Assembly (NCBI GenBank): GCA_035501755.1
Contig: DATJVN010000118.1
Span: 2,424 to 66,423 of the forward strand
Reading direction: 5' to 3'
Length of the DNA: 64,000 bases
From: Bryobacteraceae bacterium
GTDB lineage: Bacteria; Acidobacteriota; Terriglobia; Bryobacterales; Bryobacteraceae
Shown: positions 1-8,203 of the stretch, piece after piece
How positions within the stretch are numbered: the first letter of the stretch is position 1
Layout: each line of letters starts with the position of its first letter
Program-made: the position numbers and the translations under genes
Notes under the pieces: generated by a model
Databases searched by the model: none
The model's input: only the letters and a program-made list of their open reading frames with translations
Told to the model about the DNA's origin: nothing

Positions 1-1659
1 ACGACGCCGCTGTGGATGTCCGATAGCAAGCACCTGATCTTCATGCGCCGGCCGGGATTGCCGTTCGGACAGGAGTCGCTGGGGCTGGGCGCGGCGAGCA
101 GCGCGTCTTACGCTCCGCCCGGCCAGGCGCCGCCGGCTGGACGCGGAGGACGTGGTGGTCGCGGCCAGGCTGCACCCGCGCCAAGCGCTCCGGTCAACAA
201 CACGCCCGGCATCATGCGATCGGTCTTCCGCGGCGATTACAGCATCGAGTTCTACAAGGCCGACGTCGCTAGCGGTGAAGCGCAGGAGGTGTGGCACAAT
301 CAGCCCAACGATCCGATTGTCATGAACCCCTCCAATCTTCATCTGGCGGGCGATCGGTTGATTTTTGAATACATCGCGCCGGGAACCGGACGCGGCGGAA
401 GAGGCGGACGCGGAGCCTTTGGTGGCCGGGGCGCGAACGTACCCGAAACCCCGCTGACTCCCGAGCAGGACAAGGTTGCGAAAGACGAATGGGATCGTTA
501 TTACGTGCTCAGCGTGACTGACGCTTCCGCGCGCCCGGTCCTGCTGACTACCACCGACGGCCTGATCGAGAATCAGACTTCTGTTGCGCTTTCGGCCGAC
601 GAAAAAACTTTTTATTACTGCACCAACGCCAACGATATCGAGCGGCGCCACATCTGGACCGTGCCGGTCACAGGCGGCACACCGGTGCAGGTGAGCACCG
701 GCGAAGGCGTGGAGACATCTCCAGCTCCGCTCGCCTCCGGAAAATATCTCGCGACGCTGAGCGCGGATTGGAACATGCCGCAATCGGTGGGCGTATGGAA
801 GCTCGCCAAAGGACCGGCCGCCGCCGCATCGCCGCAGAAAATCGTATTCCCTACGTCCATGCCCGGATTTCCGAAGGACCTGCACGTCAAACCGGAAATT
901 GTCCTCACCAAGGCAGACGATGGGCTCGAGATCCACAATCAACTATTTCTGCCCAAGGACCTGAAACCCGGCGAGCGCCGCCCTGCCATCGTCTTCGTGC
1001 ACGGCGGGCCGATCCGGCAGATGATGCCGGCCTATCATTACATGCAGTTCTATCATTGGGCCTACGGCATCAATCAGTGGCTGGCGAACCAGGGCTACAT
1101 CGTGATGTCGATCAACTACCGGCTGGGCGTGGGCTATGGCCACTCGTTCCAGTACGCGGCCAAGGGAGGAGTTCAGGGCAACAGCGAATATCAGGATGTC
1201 GTGGCGGGCGGCAAATATTTGCAGACCCGCGCCGACGTCGATCCCAACCGCATCGGCATCTGGGGACTGTCGTATGGCGGCCTGCTCACGTCGGAGGCCC
1301 TGGCGCGCAATTCCGATATTTTTAAAGCCGGCGTCGATCTCGCGGGTGTGCACCTGGAAGGCAATTCGCTCGATGCCTCCACGGTCTCCTATCAATCCTC
1401 GGCGATCAGCGCGATCGACAAGTGGAAGTCGCCGGTGCTGCTGGTGCAGGGCGACGACGACCGTAATGTGGCGTTCCTACAGACCGTCGGGCTGGTGCAA
1501 CTGCTGCGCCAGCGCGACGTGTACTACGAGCTGATCGTTTTTCCGGACGATGTGCACGAGTCGCTATTGCACAGCCGCTGGCTGTACACGCTGGGCCGGA
1601 TGGATACTTTCCTACACCGGTTCCTGGCGGAGAAAGCGGCCGGGTCGAACAACAACTGA
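1..1659 (+). CDS. S9 family serine peptidase (prolyl oligopeptidase / dipeptidyl aminopeptidase type), 5'-partial
   Basis: Frame is open from nt 1 (TTPLW precedes the Met at 16), so the gene starts upstream of the window. C-terminal alpha/beta-hydrolase block has nucleophile elbow GLSYGG, then GDDDRNV and PDDVHE, consistent with a Ser-Asp-His triad. N-terminal part is propeller/TolB-like. Confidence 0.85.
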   Translation, partial: TTPLWMSDSKHLIFMRRPGLPFGQESLGLGAASSASYAPPGQAPPAGRGGRGGRGQAAPAPSAPVNNTPGIMRSVFRGDYSIEFYKADVASGEAQEVWHNQPNDPIVMNPSNLHLAGDRLIFEYIAPGTGRGGRGGRGAFGGRGANVPETPLTPEQDKVAKDEWDRYYVLSVTDASARPVLLTTTDGLIENQTSVALSADEKTFYYCTNANDIERRHIWTVPVTGGTPVQVSTGEGVETSPAPLASGKYLATLSADWNMPQSVGVWKLAKGPAAAASPQKIVFPTSMPGFPKDLHVKPEIVLTKADDGLEIHNQLFLPKDLKPGERRPAIVFVHGGPIRQMMPAYHYMQFYHWAYGINQWLANQGYIVMSINYRLGVGYGHSFQYAAKGGVQGNSEYQDVVAGGKYLQTRADVDPNRIGIWGLSYGGLLTSEALARNSDIFKAGVDLAGVHLEGNSLDASTVSYQSSAISAIDKWKSPVLLVQGDDDRNVAFLQTVGLVQLLRQRDVYYELIVFPDDVHESLLHSRWLYTLGRMDTFLHRFLAEKAAGSNNN

Positions 1660-1680
1660 TCGGTTTCGCGCACGGACTGA

Positions 1681-2616
1681 TCACCCGATCGTCACTTCTT
1701 CCGGCTTTTTGTCGTCGCGGAGCCCCAGAAACACCGGTTGGCGGAGCTTTCGATCCGCGGTCCATTCCTCGAAGGCGACCTGTGCGATCAGCTTCGGCGC
1801 GACATAAGTGACATTTTTTTCGCGCGGCGGATCGGCGACGGCCGCCGATTTTCGCGCCAGCGGCTGGAGCGCCCCATACAGTCGCGCGAGCCATTGTTCG
1901 TTGAAACCCGTGCCCACCTTGCCCACGTAGCGCAGCGTCCCGTCATCGTAAGCGCCGAGCAGCAGGGAGCCCAGATATTTCCGCGAACCCGCCGGCGCCG
2001 TGTATCCCACGATAATGAACTCGTCTTCCTGGTGAACTTTGACCTTCAACCATTCTTTAGAGCGCCCCTCTATATACGGCGCGGCTTGGTTTTTCGCCAC
2101 AACGCCTTCGAGACCTCGCCGCCGCGCGATATCGAACGCCTTCAGGCCGTCCGTGGCGAGAATCGCGGAAGCGAACAGAGTCGCCGCGCGATCGCGCGAG
2201 CCGATCGTTTGTTCCACCGCTGCGCGGCGTGCACGGAGCGGCTCACCGCGCAGGTCGGCTCCATCGAGGTACAAGCAATCGAATACCGCGTACGTGGGTT
2301 CAGTCTGGAGATTCTGGAGAAGCTGGAAGCGCGAAATTCCTTTCCGGTCGAACGCCACGGCTTCGCCATCGAGCAGTACAGTGCGCGGCTTGAGTTGCGC
2401 GACGGCCCTAGCGATCGCGGCGAAAGTATGGGTCCGGTCCTTCGCGTTGCGCGACAACAGCGTCACTCTCGCGCCTTCCTTGTACGCCAGGATGCGATAG
2501 CCGTCGTACTTTTCCTCGTACACCCAACCGTCGCGATGAAACGGCTGGCGCACCAGCGTCGCCAGCATCGGCTGAGCGCGGAAGGGAATGCGGTCGGAGG
2601 CCATCGATTGCCTCAT
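1681..2616 (-). CDS. ATP-dependent DNA ligase (stand-alone LigC / LigD-ligase-domain type)
   Basis: 311-aa ORF with adenylation motif EEKYDGYR (KxDG), LLDGEAVAF, EGVVAK and EWLKVK nucleotidyltransferase motifs. No Ku or primase domain adjacent. Confidence 0.88.
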   Translation of the reverse strand: MRQSMASDRIPFRAQPMLATLVRQPFHRDGWVYEEKYDGYRILAYKEGARVTLLSRNAKDRTHTFAAIARAVAQLKPRTVLLDGEAVAFDRKGISRFQLLQNLQTEPTYAVFDCLYLDGADLRGEPLRARRAAVEQTIGSRDRAATLFASAILATDGLKAFDIARRRGLEGVVAKNQAAPYIEGRSKEWLKVKVHQEDEFIIVGYTAPAGSRKYLGSLLLGAYDDGTLRYVGKVGTGFNEQWLARLYGALQPLARKSAAVADPPREKNVTYVAPKLIAQVAFEEWTADRKLRQPVFLGLRDDKKPEEVTIG

Positions 2617-2712
2617 TCTATCGCCGGTTCAGTTGCTCGGCCTCACATTGACGCGAAGCGGTCCATGGTTCGCCTTTCCAAACAGGCGACTTTCAGGCGA
2701 GTGGTCGCGCCG

Positions 2713-3480
2713 TCAGCTCTTCTTCCCCCCGAAACGGTAGCCGAGGATCATCTTTACAATCAGGTGGTCCGTGCTGCGCGTTGCGCCGATGCCGACGCCG
2801 AAATTGAATTCCCAGTTCGGCGACAGGTTCAGGTCGAAATCGGGAAAGAACTGGTGCTCCTCAAGCGGCACCGGAAAAAATCCGGTGAAGGGGCCCACCA
2901 CGCCGTAATATTCGAAGCCCGCGTTCACCACCTTGGTGACGTCATAGCCCACCTTCACATCCGGAGAAAACACCCAGCCGTCGCCGACCGAGAGCCCGTG
3001 AAACGACCGGTCAAACGTGGGATTGAACGCCATGTACCAGCGCCCAAGCTGCTTGTCGACAATCGGCCGCACTTCGAGCGTCCAGGTGTCGGTGGAATAA
3101 GCCGCCCGCTGGTAGCCAAATTCGAAGGAGATGCTCGCCCCCACCGGCCATTTCCAGGATTCCGGCGCGCGCACCCGCGGGCGAATATGATCGCCTACCC
3201 ATTGCCAGCCGTAATTGTCCGGACCGACGGCCGTAAAAATGTACCAGCCGATCTCGAACCAGTCGTTGATGCCGTGCGTGATCTCCACGGTTTCGTGCAA
3301 CTGGTGCTCGGTGGGAGCCACGCCGTCGATCACGCTCTTCACCCCTTCGAAGGTGAAATTGCTATGCAGCTCCACCATGGTTGCGCCGGGGGCGAGGGTT
3401 TCAGAAGGATAAACCTGAATTTCGTAGCTGCCCTGCGCGAACACGCCAGGCGCGATCAGGAGAAGCAGCCAGGGTTTCAT
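2713..3480 (-). CDS. Putative outer-membrane beta-barrel protein (secreted, function unknown)
   Basis: Signal peptide MKPWLLLLIAPGVFAQG, alternating aromatic/hydrophilic beta-strand pattern throughout, C-terminal ...ILGYRF aromatic terminus before a short basic tail. Confidence 0.5.
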   Translation of the reverse strand: MKPWLLLLIAPGVFAQGSYEIQVYPSETLAPGATMVELHSNFTFEGVKSVIDGVAPTEHQLHETVEITHGINDWFEIGWYIFTAVGPDNYGWQWVGDHIRPRVRAPESWKWPVGASISFEFGYQRAAYSTDTWTLEVRPIVDKQLGRWYMAFNPTFDRSFHGLSVGDGWVFSPDVKVGYDVTKVVNAGFEYYGVVGPFTGFFPVPLEEHQFFPDFDLNLSPNWEFNFGVGIGATRSTDHLIVKMILGYRFGGKKS

Positions 3481-3492
3481 TCGAGCGAAGGA

Positions 3493-3984
3493 TCAGCGTA
3501 CCACGGATCTGGCGCGATGTTCTTTATATGCCGCGCGCACGCCCGCGATCTGCTTCACGTGATTCTCGGCGTGTTCGGCGATGAGGCGTGTGAGATCGAG
3601 CAGGCTCATTTTTCCACGAGTGGTGTGCGTCCCCGCGCGCGCGAAGGCGGATTCGGGCAGATCCTTGATGACCTGGAAATTCGACTGCCGCAATACGCGA
3701 AACAGCTCCAGCGCCTGCGATATTTTGCGCTTTTCGTAATCGAGCTTCTCGGCCCACGCGTTCTGATCCCACGCGGGCAGCGTGGGATTATCCTCGGCGA
3801 TAATCTGGCGCAGCCGCATCGCGGCAGCGGCCTCGGCATCGGCGAGATGGCACACGATCTGGCGCACGCTCCATTTATTTTCGGGCTTGAAATCGAGCTC
3901 GGGACCGGCGGCGCCGGTGGTCGCGACAGCCAGCAGTTCCGGCCCGCGGCGGAATCTTTCCAGGAGATCGGTGAATTCGCTCAT
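3493..3984 (-). CDS. DinB family (DinB_2 four-helix) protein
   Basis: 163 aa with WSVRQIVCHLADAE ... IAEHAENHVKQI pattern (His-containing helices) typical of the DinB/YfiT-like superfamily. Confidence 0.8.
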   Translation of the reverse strand: MSEFTDLLERFRRGPELLAVATTGAAGPELDFKPENKWSVRQIVCHLADAEAAAAMRLRQIIAEDNPTLPAWDQNAWAEKLDYEKRKISQALELFRVLRQSNFQVIKDLPESAFARAGTHTTRGKMSLLDLTRLIAEHAENHVKQIAGVRAAYKEHRARSVVR

Positions 3985-4086
3985 TTAGTAATAGTCGGCG
4001 CAGGACATGTAGTAACCGCACTGTTCGCAGACGAGCTTGCATTTGAGCTCGGTGAGGCGGCGGGAGCAGACGGGACAATAAAGCAT
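3985..4086 (-). CDS. 33-aa zinc-ribbon micro-protein (below ORF-track cutoff)
   Basis: Manual translation: MLYCPVCSRRLTELKCKLVCEQCGYYMSCADYY. It has CPVC ... CEQC cysteine pairs. Its TAA (3987-3985) directly abuts the ATG (3984-3982) of the DinB-family gene, suggesting coupling. Confidence 0.4.
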   Translation of the reverse strand: MLYCPVCSRRLTELKCKLVCEQCGYYMSCADYY

Positions 4087-4409
4087 CGGCTCGGATTGGT
4101 CGCGTTTGACGAGTTCCTGCTGGGAGTCCACGAAGGAATTTTATCGCACTGCGGCTGCAGACGCCGCGACTCCTATCAGCGCGGCCAGGGACCGATGAGC
4201 GGGATGTCGCCTTTCTCCGTCGCGATAGTCGCGGGCGGCGGCCGATCGGCGGGGCAGCCGTTATCGTGGTCGTCCGGGTATTCGCGTTGCCAAAGCCGGC
4301 AGACCGCGGCGCGGAGCTTTCGGTTGTTCATCGCAGTCAGCAGCCGGCGCTGCTCGAGTTCAGAGAGCCTCTGCCACCACCATTCGGCGCTCCGGCTCGC
4401 TGTTGCCGC

Positions 4410-5159
4410 TCATGCGCTCGCGACATCATGAGCGGAGCAGCAGAAGTATCCGCTGTCATGAAGGTGGGACCGGTCTGAATCGGACAATGTCTCCCAGCAC
4501 TCATCTTGGCCGAGGCCGCTCAACAGAAGCAGCTCGCGGCAAGCCGGCACGCGAACGCCGGGACTCGGGTGCCGGGCCAAACCGCGTTCCAGTTTGACAA
4601 TCCTCCACAAATCGAGTGCATTGCCCGGGTCGCTGTAGCGGAAATATGGATACGTGATACGGGTTGAAGAGTCGGCGCTGGCGATCCACCAATTCATCAG
4701 CGCGACCCTCTCCCACAGCGGCTGCGAGTCATTGAGCGGCAGGCGATCATGCCGACCGGTGGTGACGGGGAAAATACTTCGCCACCAGTCCCGGACGACG
4801 TGGTATCTTCCGCTTTCCCTTCGAACAAGAAACAGATCGCGTTCGCCTTCACGAGTAGAATTCCAATCGCCGGATGTCCCATCCGTCCAAAAGATCTCGT
4901 ACACATCAATGGCTGGACGCGACTCCGTGCCGCGCAAGACAGTCTCGATGCGAACCTCGCGCCGCAAAATCTTCCAGTATTTGGCCATTCCTGGATCATT
5001 GTTAGTTACCAGCCGGAAAAAGGGCCACCGCTCCAAGCTCTGCTGCTGGATGACGCCGATGAATACCAGGTCCGATCGCTGCAACATTGCGTCCGAAGAC
5101 ATGGTAGGCGAGAAAACGAGCCTGGGCCCGCATTCGCATAACAGGAGCAATCCGAGCAT
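4410..5159 (-). CDS. Hypothetical protein in a lower-GC islet
   Basis: Long ORF (track 4410..5324). Start chosen at the Met before hydrophobic MLGLLLLCEC, because upstream starts would overlap the toxin gene. No family motif recognised. Composition visibly less GC-rich than neighbours. Confidence 0.45.
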   Translation of the reverse strand: MLGLLLLCECGPRLVFSPTMSSDAMLQRSDLVFIGVIQQQSLERWPFFRLVTNNDPGMAKYWKILRREVRIETVLRGTESRPAIDVYEIFWTDGTSGDWNSTREGERDLFLVRRESGRYHVVRDWWRSIFPVTTGRHDRLPLNDSQPLWERVALMNWWIASADSSTRITYPYFRYSDPGNALDLWRIVKLERGLARHPSPGVRVPACRELLLLSGLGQDECWETLSDSDRSHLHDSGYFCCSAHDVASA

Positions 5160-5223
5160 AAGAGCGGGTCGCACTGTGGATTGGAACCCGCGAACGCGGC
5201 CTAGGTTCCCTACCGAAGGCTCG

Positions 5224-5460
5224 TTACTTCTTGGGATGTGCCTGGATCTCATGCAGGAGATACGTATCGCCAGCGATCGTGAAATAGAATCGCCAGGAGT
5301 CGTTGACGCGCGCCTGCCAGACATTGCCGCTCTTCAATCGGAGCGACGGATGGCGTGGGTCTTCGAGCAGGAGGACGGATTGTTTGTCAAACGCTCGCTG
5401 GACAAGGGCCGGAGCTTTCCGATAACTCCGCAGGAAGTGTGGCGAGAATTCAACCTTCAT
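5224..5460 (-). CDS. Type II toxin, RelE/ParE superfamily
   Basis: 78 aa, MKVEFSPHFLRSYRKAP...WQARVNDSWRFYFTIAGDTYLLHEIQAHPKK, the typical RelE/ParE-like size and C-terminal pattern. Start overlaps the antitoxin stop by 11 nt. Confidence 0.75.
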   Translation of the reverse strand: MKVEFSPHFLRSYRKAPALVQRAFDKQSVLLLEDPRHPSLRLKSGNVWQARVNDSWRFYFTIAGDTYLLHEIQAHPKK

Positions 5461-5740
5461 CGCGCCGGGCGTTTCTTGGTCGGCGCTTGGCGGTCCGCGC
5501 CTCCTTATGCAGCGCCTTGAGGAAGGCCTGGTGGGTCCGGAAGGGACCGTAGCCTTTGCCGGCTTGGAATTCAGCAATGCTTTGCGCGATACCACGATCG
5601 ACAACCGTCTTCGGCTCGAAAACAATCTTGCCGTTCTCGGCGCGAGCTTCGAGTATGTCGCCCACCTCGATCCCGATCTCGTCGCGCACACGCTGCGGTA
5701 TCACCACTTGAAATTTGTTCTTGACGGCTACGATGGGCAT
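5450..5740 (-). CDS. Type II antitoxin, AbrB/MazE/SpoVT-type DNA-binding domain
   Basis: 96 aa starting MPIVAVKNKFQVVIPQRVRDEIGIEVGDILEARAENGKIVFEP (looped-hinge-helix swapped-hairpin motif). It is only the 3' end of the 740-aa shadow ORF 5450..7672. Confidence 0.8.
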   Translation of the reverse strand: MPIVAVKNKFQVVIPQRVRDEIGIEVGDILEARAENGKIVFEPKTVVDRGIAQSIAEFQAGKGYGPFRTHQAFLKALHKEARTAKRRPRNARRDEG

Positions 5741-5749
5741 AAAGACAAC

Positions 5750-5766
5750 AGTTGAACTATTCAACT
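5750..5766. promoter_or_regulatory. Candidate antitoxin operator (perfect 7-3-7 palindrome)
   Basis: AGTTGAA-CTA-TTCAACT lies 10 nt upstream of the antitoxin ATG (5740), the position where type II TA autoregulatory operators usually sit. Confidence 0.45.
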
Positions 5767-5851
5767 TTAGTTTAGCAGGCGGCTCGAAACCCTTCCCGCG
5801 TATCAGCCGTTCCTTCGCAGGACATATAATGACCCTAGCGGCTCCAACCCC

Positions 5852-7681
5852 ATGCAATCCAAAACGTTTTTTCTCACCCTCGCGCTCGCATCTCTTTGCG
5901 TAGCGCAGTCCCGGCAATGGGACCATCCCATGCGGCAGGCCGTGCGCGGCGACCATGGCGCCGTCGCGGCCGGTAGCGAATACGCGACCGAAGCCGGGAT
6001 GCGCACCTATTATCGCGGCGGAAACGCCGTCGATGCGGGCGTCGCCGCGATGTTCGCTGCTTCCGTCACCGAGTTCTCCCACTTCGGGATGGGCGGCGAA
6101 GCGCCGATTCTCATCCGCACCAAGGAGGGGAAAGTTTATGCGATCGCCGGCGTGGGGCCCATGCCCAAGCTCGCCAGTGCGGACATGTTCCGTAACCGCC
6201 CGCTCAAAATCGGCGAGCTTTTTGAAACCGAGCCCGGCGGGTTGAAGCACATCATCCCCGTCGCCGGAATCATGCCCGCGCTGGTGCCCGGCATGGTCGA
6301 CGCCGGCCTGGTCGCGCTGCGCGATTTCGGTACGAAATCCTTCCATGAGATCGCCGAGCCGGCTGTCGAACTGGCCGACGGCTTCGCCATCGACGCGATG
6401 CGCGCCGATAGCATCGCCGCCAGCCGCCAGTTTTTCGAATTGTGGCCCACCTCGATGGCGCATTTCATGCCCAACGGGCACATGCCTCGCGTCGGCGACA
6501 TTTTCCGCCAGCCCGACCTCGCCCGCACGCTGCGCGGCATGATTGAAGCCGAGAAAAAAGCGCTCGCCGCGGGCGCCAGCCGCCAGGGCGGCATCGACGC
6601 CGTGCGCAATTATTTTTATCGCGGCGAAATCGCGCGTAAAATCGACGCCTTCATGAAAGCCAACGGCGGCCTGCTGCGCTATGAAGACATGGCCGCGTTC
6701 AAGCTCGAGCCCGAAGAGCCGGTGATGGGCACCTATCACGGCTATAAAGTTTATAAACCCGGCTTCTGGAGCCAGGGCCCCGCGATGATCGAAACGCTCA
6801 ACATCATGGAAGCGTTCGAAGGCCGCTCGCCGCCGCTCAATTCGGCCGAATATATTCACCGGTTGACTGAAGCGCTGAAGCTCGCCTACGCCGATCGCGA
6901 CACCTATTACGGCGATCCCAAATTCAATCACATTCCGTCCGACGTTCTGCTCTCGAAAGAATACGGCCTGGAGCGCCGCAAGCTGATCACCGAGCATGCG
7001 TCGATGGATTTCATCCCCGGCACCATTCATGGAAAAACCGGCCACCACCCCACCGAGAGCCCCATGGCGCACATCAAGATCGACGACGCACTGATGGCCA
7101 AGGACACCACCTGCGTGGACGCGATCGATAAGGACGGGATCGTATTTTCGGCGACACCCTCGGGCGCGTGGATGCCCAGCGTGATCGCCGGCGACACCGG
7201 AATTCCGCTGACCGAGCGCGCGCAGCAGTTCGTCCTGACGCCGGGAAATCCGAACGAGCTCGCCGGAGGGAAACGCCCCCGCGTCACGCTCAGCCCTACC
7301 ATCGTCACCCTCCCCGACGGCCGCCCGTTCCTGGCCATGTCGACTCCCGGCGGCGACAACCAGGATCAGGCGCTGATCCAGGTTTTCTTCAACGTGATCG
7401 ATTTCAATTTGAATGCGCAGAACGCAGTGGAGGCTCCGCGGTTTCAGACCCGGCACCTGGTGTCGAGCTTCGATAATCATGCCTGGAGCCGCGGCGATTT
7501 GATTCTCGACGAGCGCATCCCCGGCGCGGTTGCCAATGAACTGGCTGAGCGAGGCCATCACGTGAGCTCGTGCTCGCGCTGGTCCAACGGGGCGTGCCCG
7601 GTGTTGATCAAAGTTCTGCCCAGCGGAATTCTGGAAGCGGGCGCGGACCCGTTCTACGACCGCTCGGCGCATGCGTGGTGA
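5852..7681 (+). CDS. ggt: Gamma-glutamyltransferase
   Basis: 609 aa with signal peptide MQSKTFFLTLALASLCVAQS. GGT-family blocks including the autoprocessing/nucleophile region KDTTCVDAIDKDG and C-terminal PGGDNQDQA / EAGADP motifs. Confidence 0.92.
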   Translation: MQSKTFFLTLALASLCVAQSRQWDHPMRQAVRGDHGAVAAGSEYATEAGMRTYYRGGNAVDAGVAAMFAASVTEFSHFGMGGEAPILIRTKEGKVYAIAGVGPMPKLASADMFRNRPLKIGELFETEPGGLKHIIPVAGIMPALVPGMVDAGLVALRDFGTKSFHEIAEPAVELADGFAIDAMRADSIAASRQFFELWPTSMAHFMPNGHMPRVGDIFRQPDLARTLRGMIEAEKKALAAGASRQGGIDAVRNYFYRGEIARKIDAFMKANGGLLRYEDMAAFKLEPEEPVMGTYHGYKVYKPGFWSQGPAMIETLNIMEAFEGRSPPLNSAEYIHRLTEALKLAYADRDTYYGDPKFNHIPSDVLLSKEYGLERRKLITEHASMDFIPGTIHGKTGHHPTESPMAHIKIDDALMAKDTTCVDAIDKDGIVFSATPSGAWMPSVIAGDTGIPLTERAQQFVLTPGNPNELAGGKRPRVTLSPTIVTLPDGRPFLAMSTPGGDNQDQALIQVFFNVIDFNLNAQNAVEAPRFQTRHLVSSFDNHAWSRGDLILDERIPGAVANELAERGHHVSSCSRWSNGACPVLIKVLPSGILEAGADPFYDRSAHAW

Positions 7682-7682
7682 G

Positions 7683-8202
7683 CAGTTCGTAGTTCATGGT
7701 CCGTAGTCCGTAGTTAGGGCCTGCCAATCGAGGCGCGCCTAAACTCCTGGTAGCGGGCGAAGCTGGCCGTCCGGCGAATCAATGTGGCAAGATGCGCTCG
7801 AAGACGTCTGACCCCTTCCGTCTTAGCGTACCCGAGGCGGCCGGCGATTTCGAAAAGCGTGTCAAGTTCGTACATGGAACCGACTGCGATCTGGATGAAC
7901 CTGGCGAACTCGCCCGGACTGCCGCGTCCGGCGCCCTCGGCGATGTTGGTTGGAACCGATATGGCGGCTCGCCGCACCTGGCTCGTTAAGCCGTACACCT
8001 CTTCGCGCGGCCAGCCGCGTGTCGAACGGTACGCATCTTCGACGAGTGAGATCGCGGCGCGCCAAATCTCAAGGCTGGAAACGCTGCGTGGCGCCATGAT
8101 TATATGTGCTCGAATCCGCGGAGAGTTCTCTGAGAATCCGTCCGCTCTCCGCATGAATCGCGAACCCCGAACTACGAACCACGGACCACGAACCACGAAC
8201 TG
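7683..8202 (-). mobile_element. rRNA-IVS-like cassette: four-helix-bundle gene bracketed by 33-nt inverted repeats
   Basis: 7683-7715 CAGTTCGTAGTTCATGGTCCGTAGTCCGTAGTT versus reverse complement of 8170-8202 CAGTTCGTGGTTCGTGGTCCGTGGTTCGTAGTT: 29/33 identical, and all 4 differences are transitions. Arms are tandem GTYCGTR heptamers. The cassette fills the ggt-stop to DUF72-start gap to within 1-2 nt. Confidence 0.6.
7714..8097 (-). CDS. Four-helix-bundle protein (23S rRNA intervening-sequence protein family)
   Basis: EIWRAAISLVEDAYRSTRGWPREEVYGLTSQVRRAAISVPTNIAEGAGRGSPGEFARFIQIAVGSMYELDT matches the family signature (...RAA.SI..NIAEG..R....E...FL.IA.GS..E..). Start moved to Met42 of the track ORF, because the first 41 codons translate the right repeat arm. 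Confidence 0.85.
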   Translation of the reverse strand: MAPRSVSSLEIWRAAISLVEDAYRSTRGWPREEVYGLTSQVRRAAISVPTNIAEGAGRGSPGEFARFIQIAVGSMYELDTLFEIAGRLGYAKTEGVRRLRAHLATLIRRTASFARYQEFRRASIGRP

Positions 8203-8203
8203 A

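Noticed and set aside
1738-4431. 897-aa plus-strand ORF spanning the ligase, beta-barrel, DinB and zinc-ribbon region
   Set aside because: It runs antisense to four minus-strand genes that have clear family motifs. Its translation is Arg/Ala/Gly-rich low-complexity sequence, typical of a high-GC shadow ORF.
5741-7672. Upstream 640 aa of the 740-aa minus-strand ORF 5450..7672
   Set aside because: It is antisense to ggt, which has unmistakable GGT motifs. Only the last 96 codons (5450-5740) form a real gene, the AbrB-type antitoxin.
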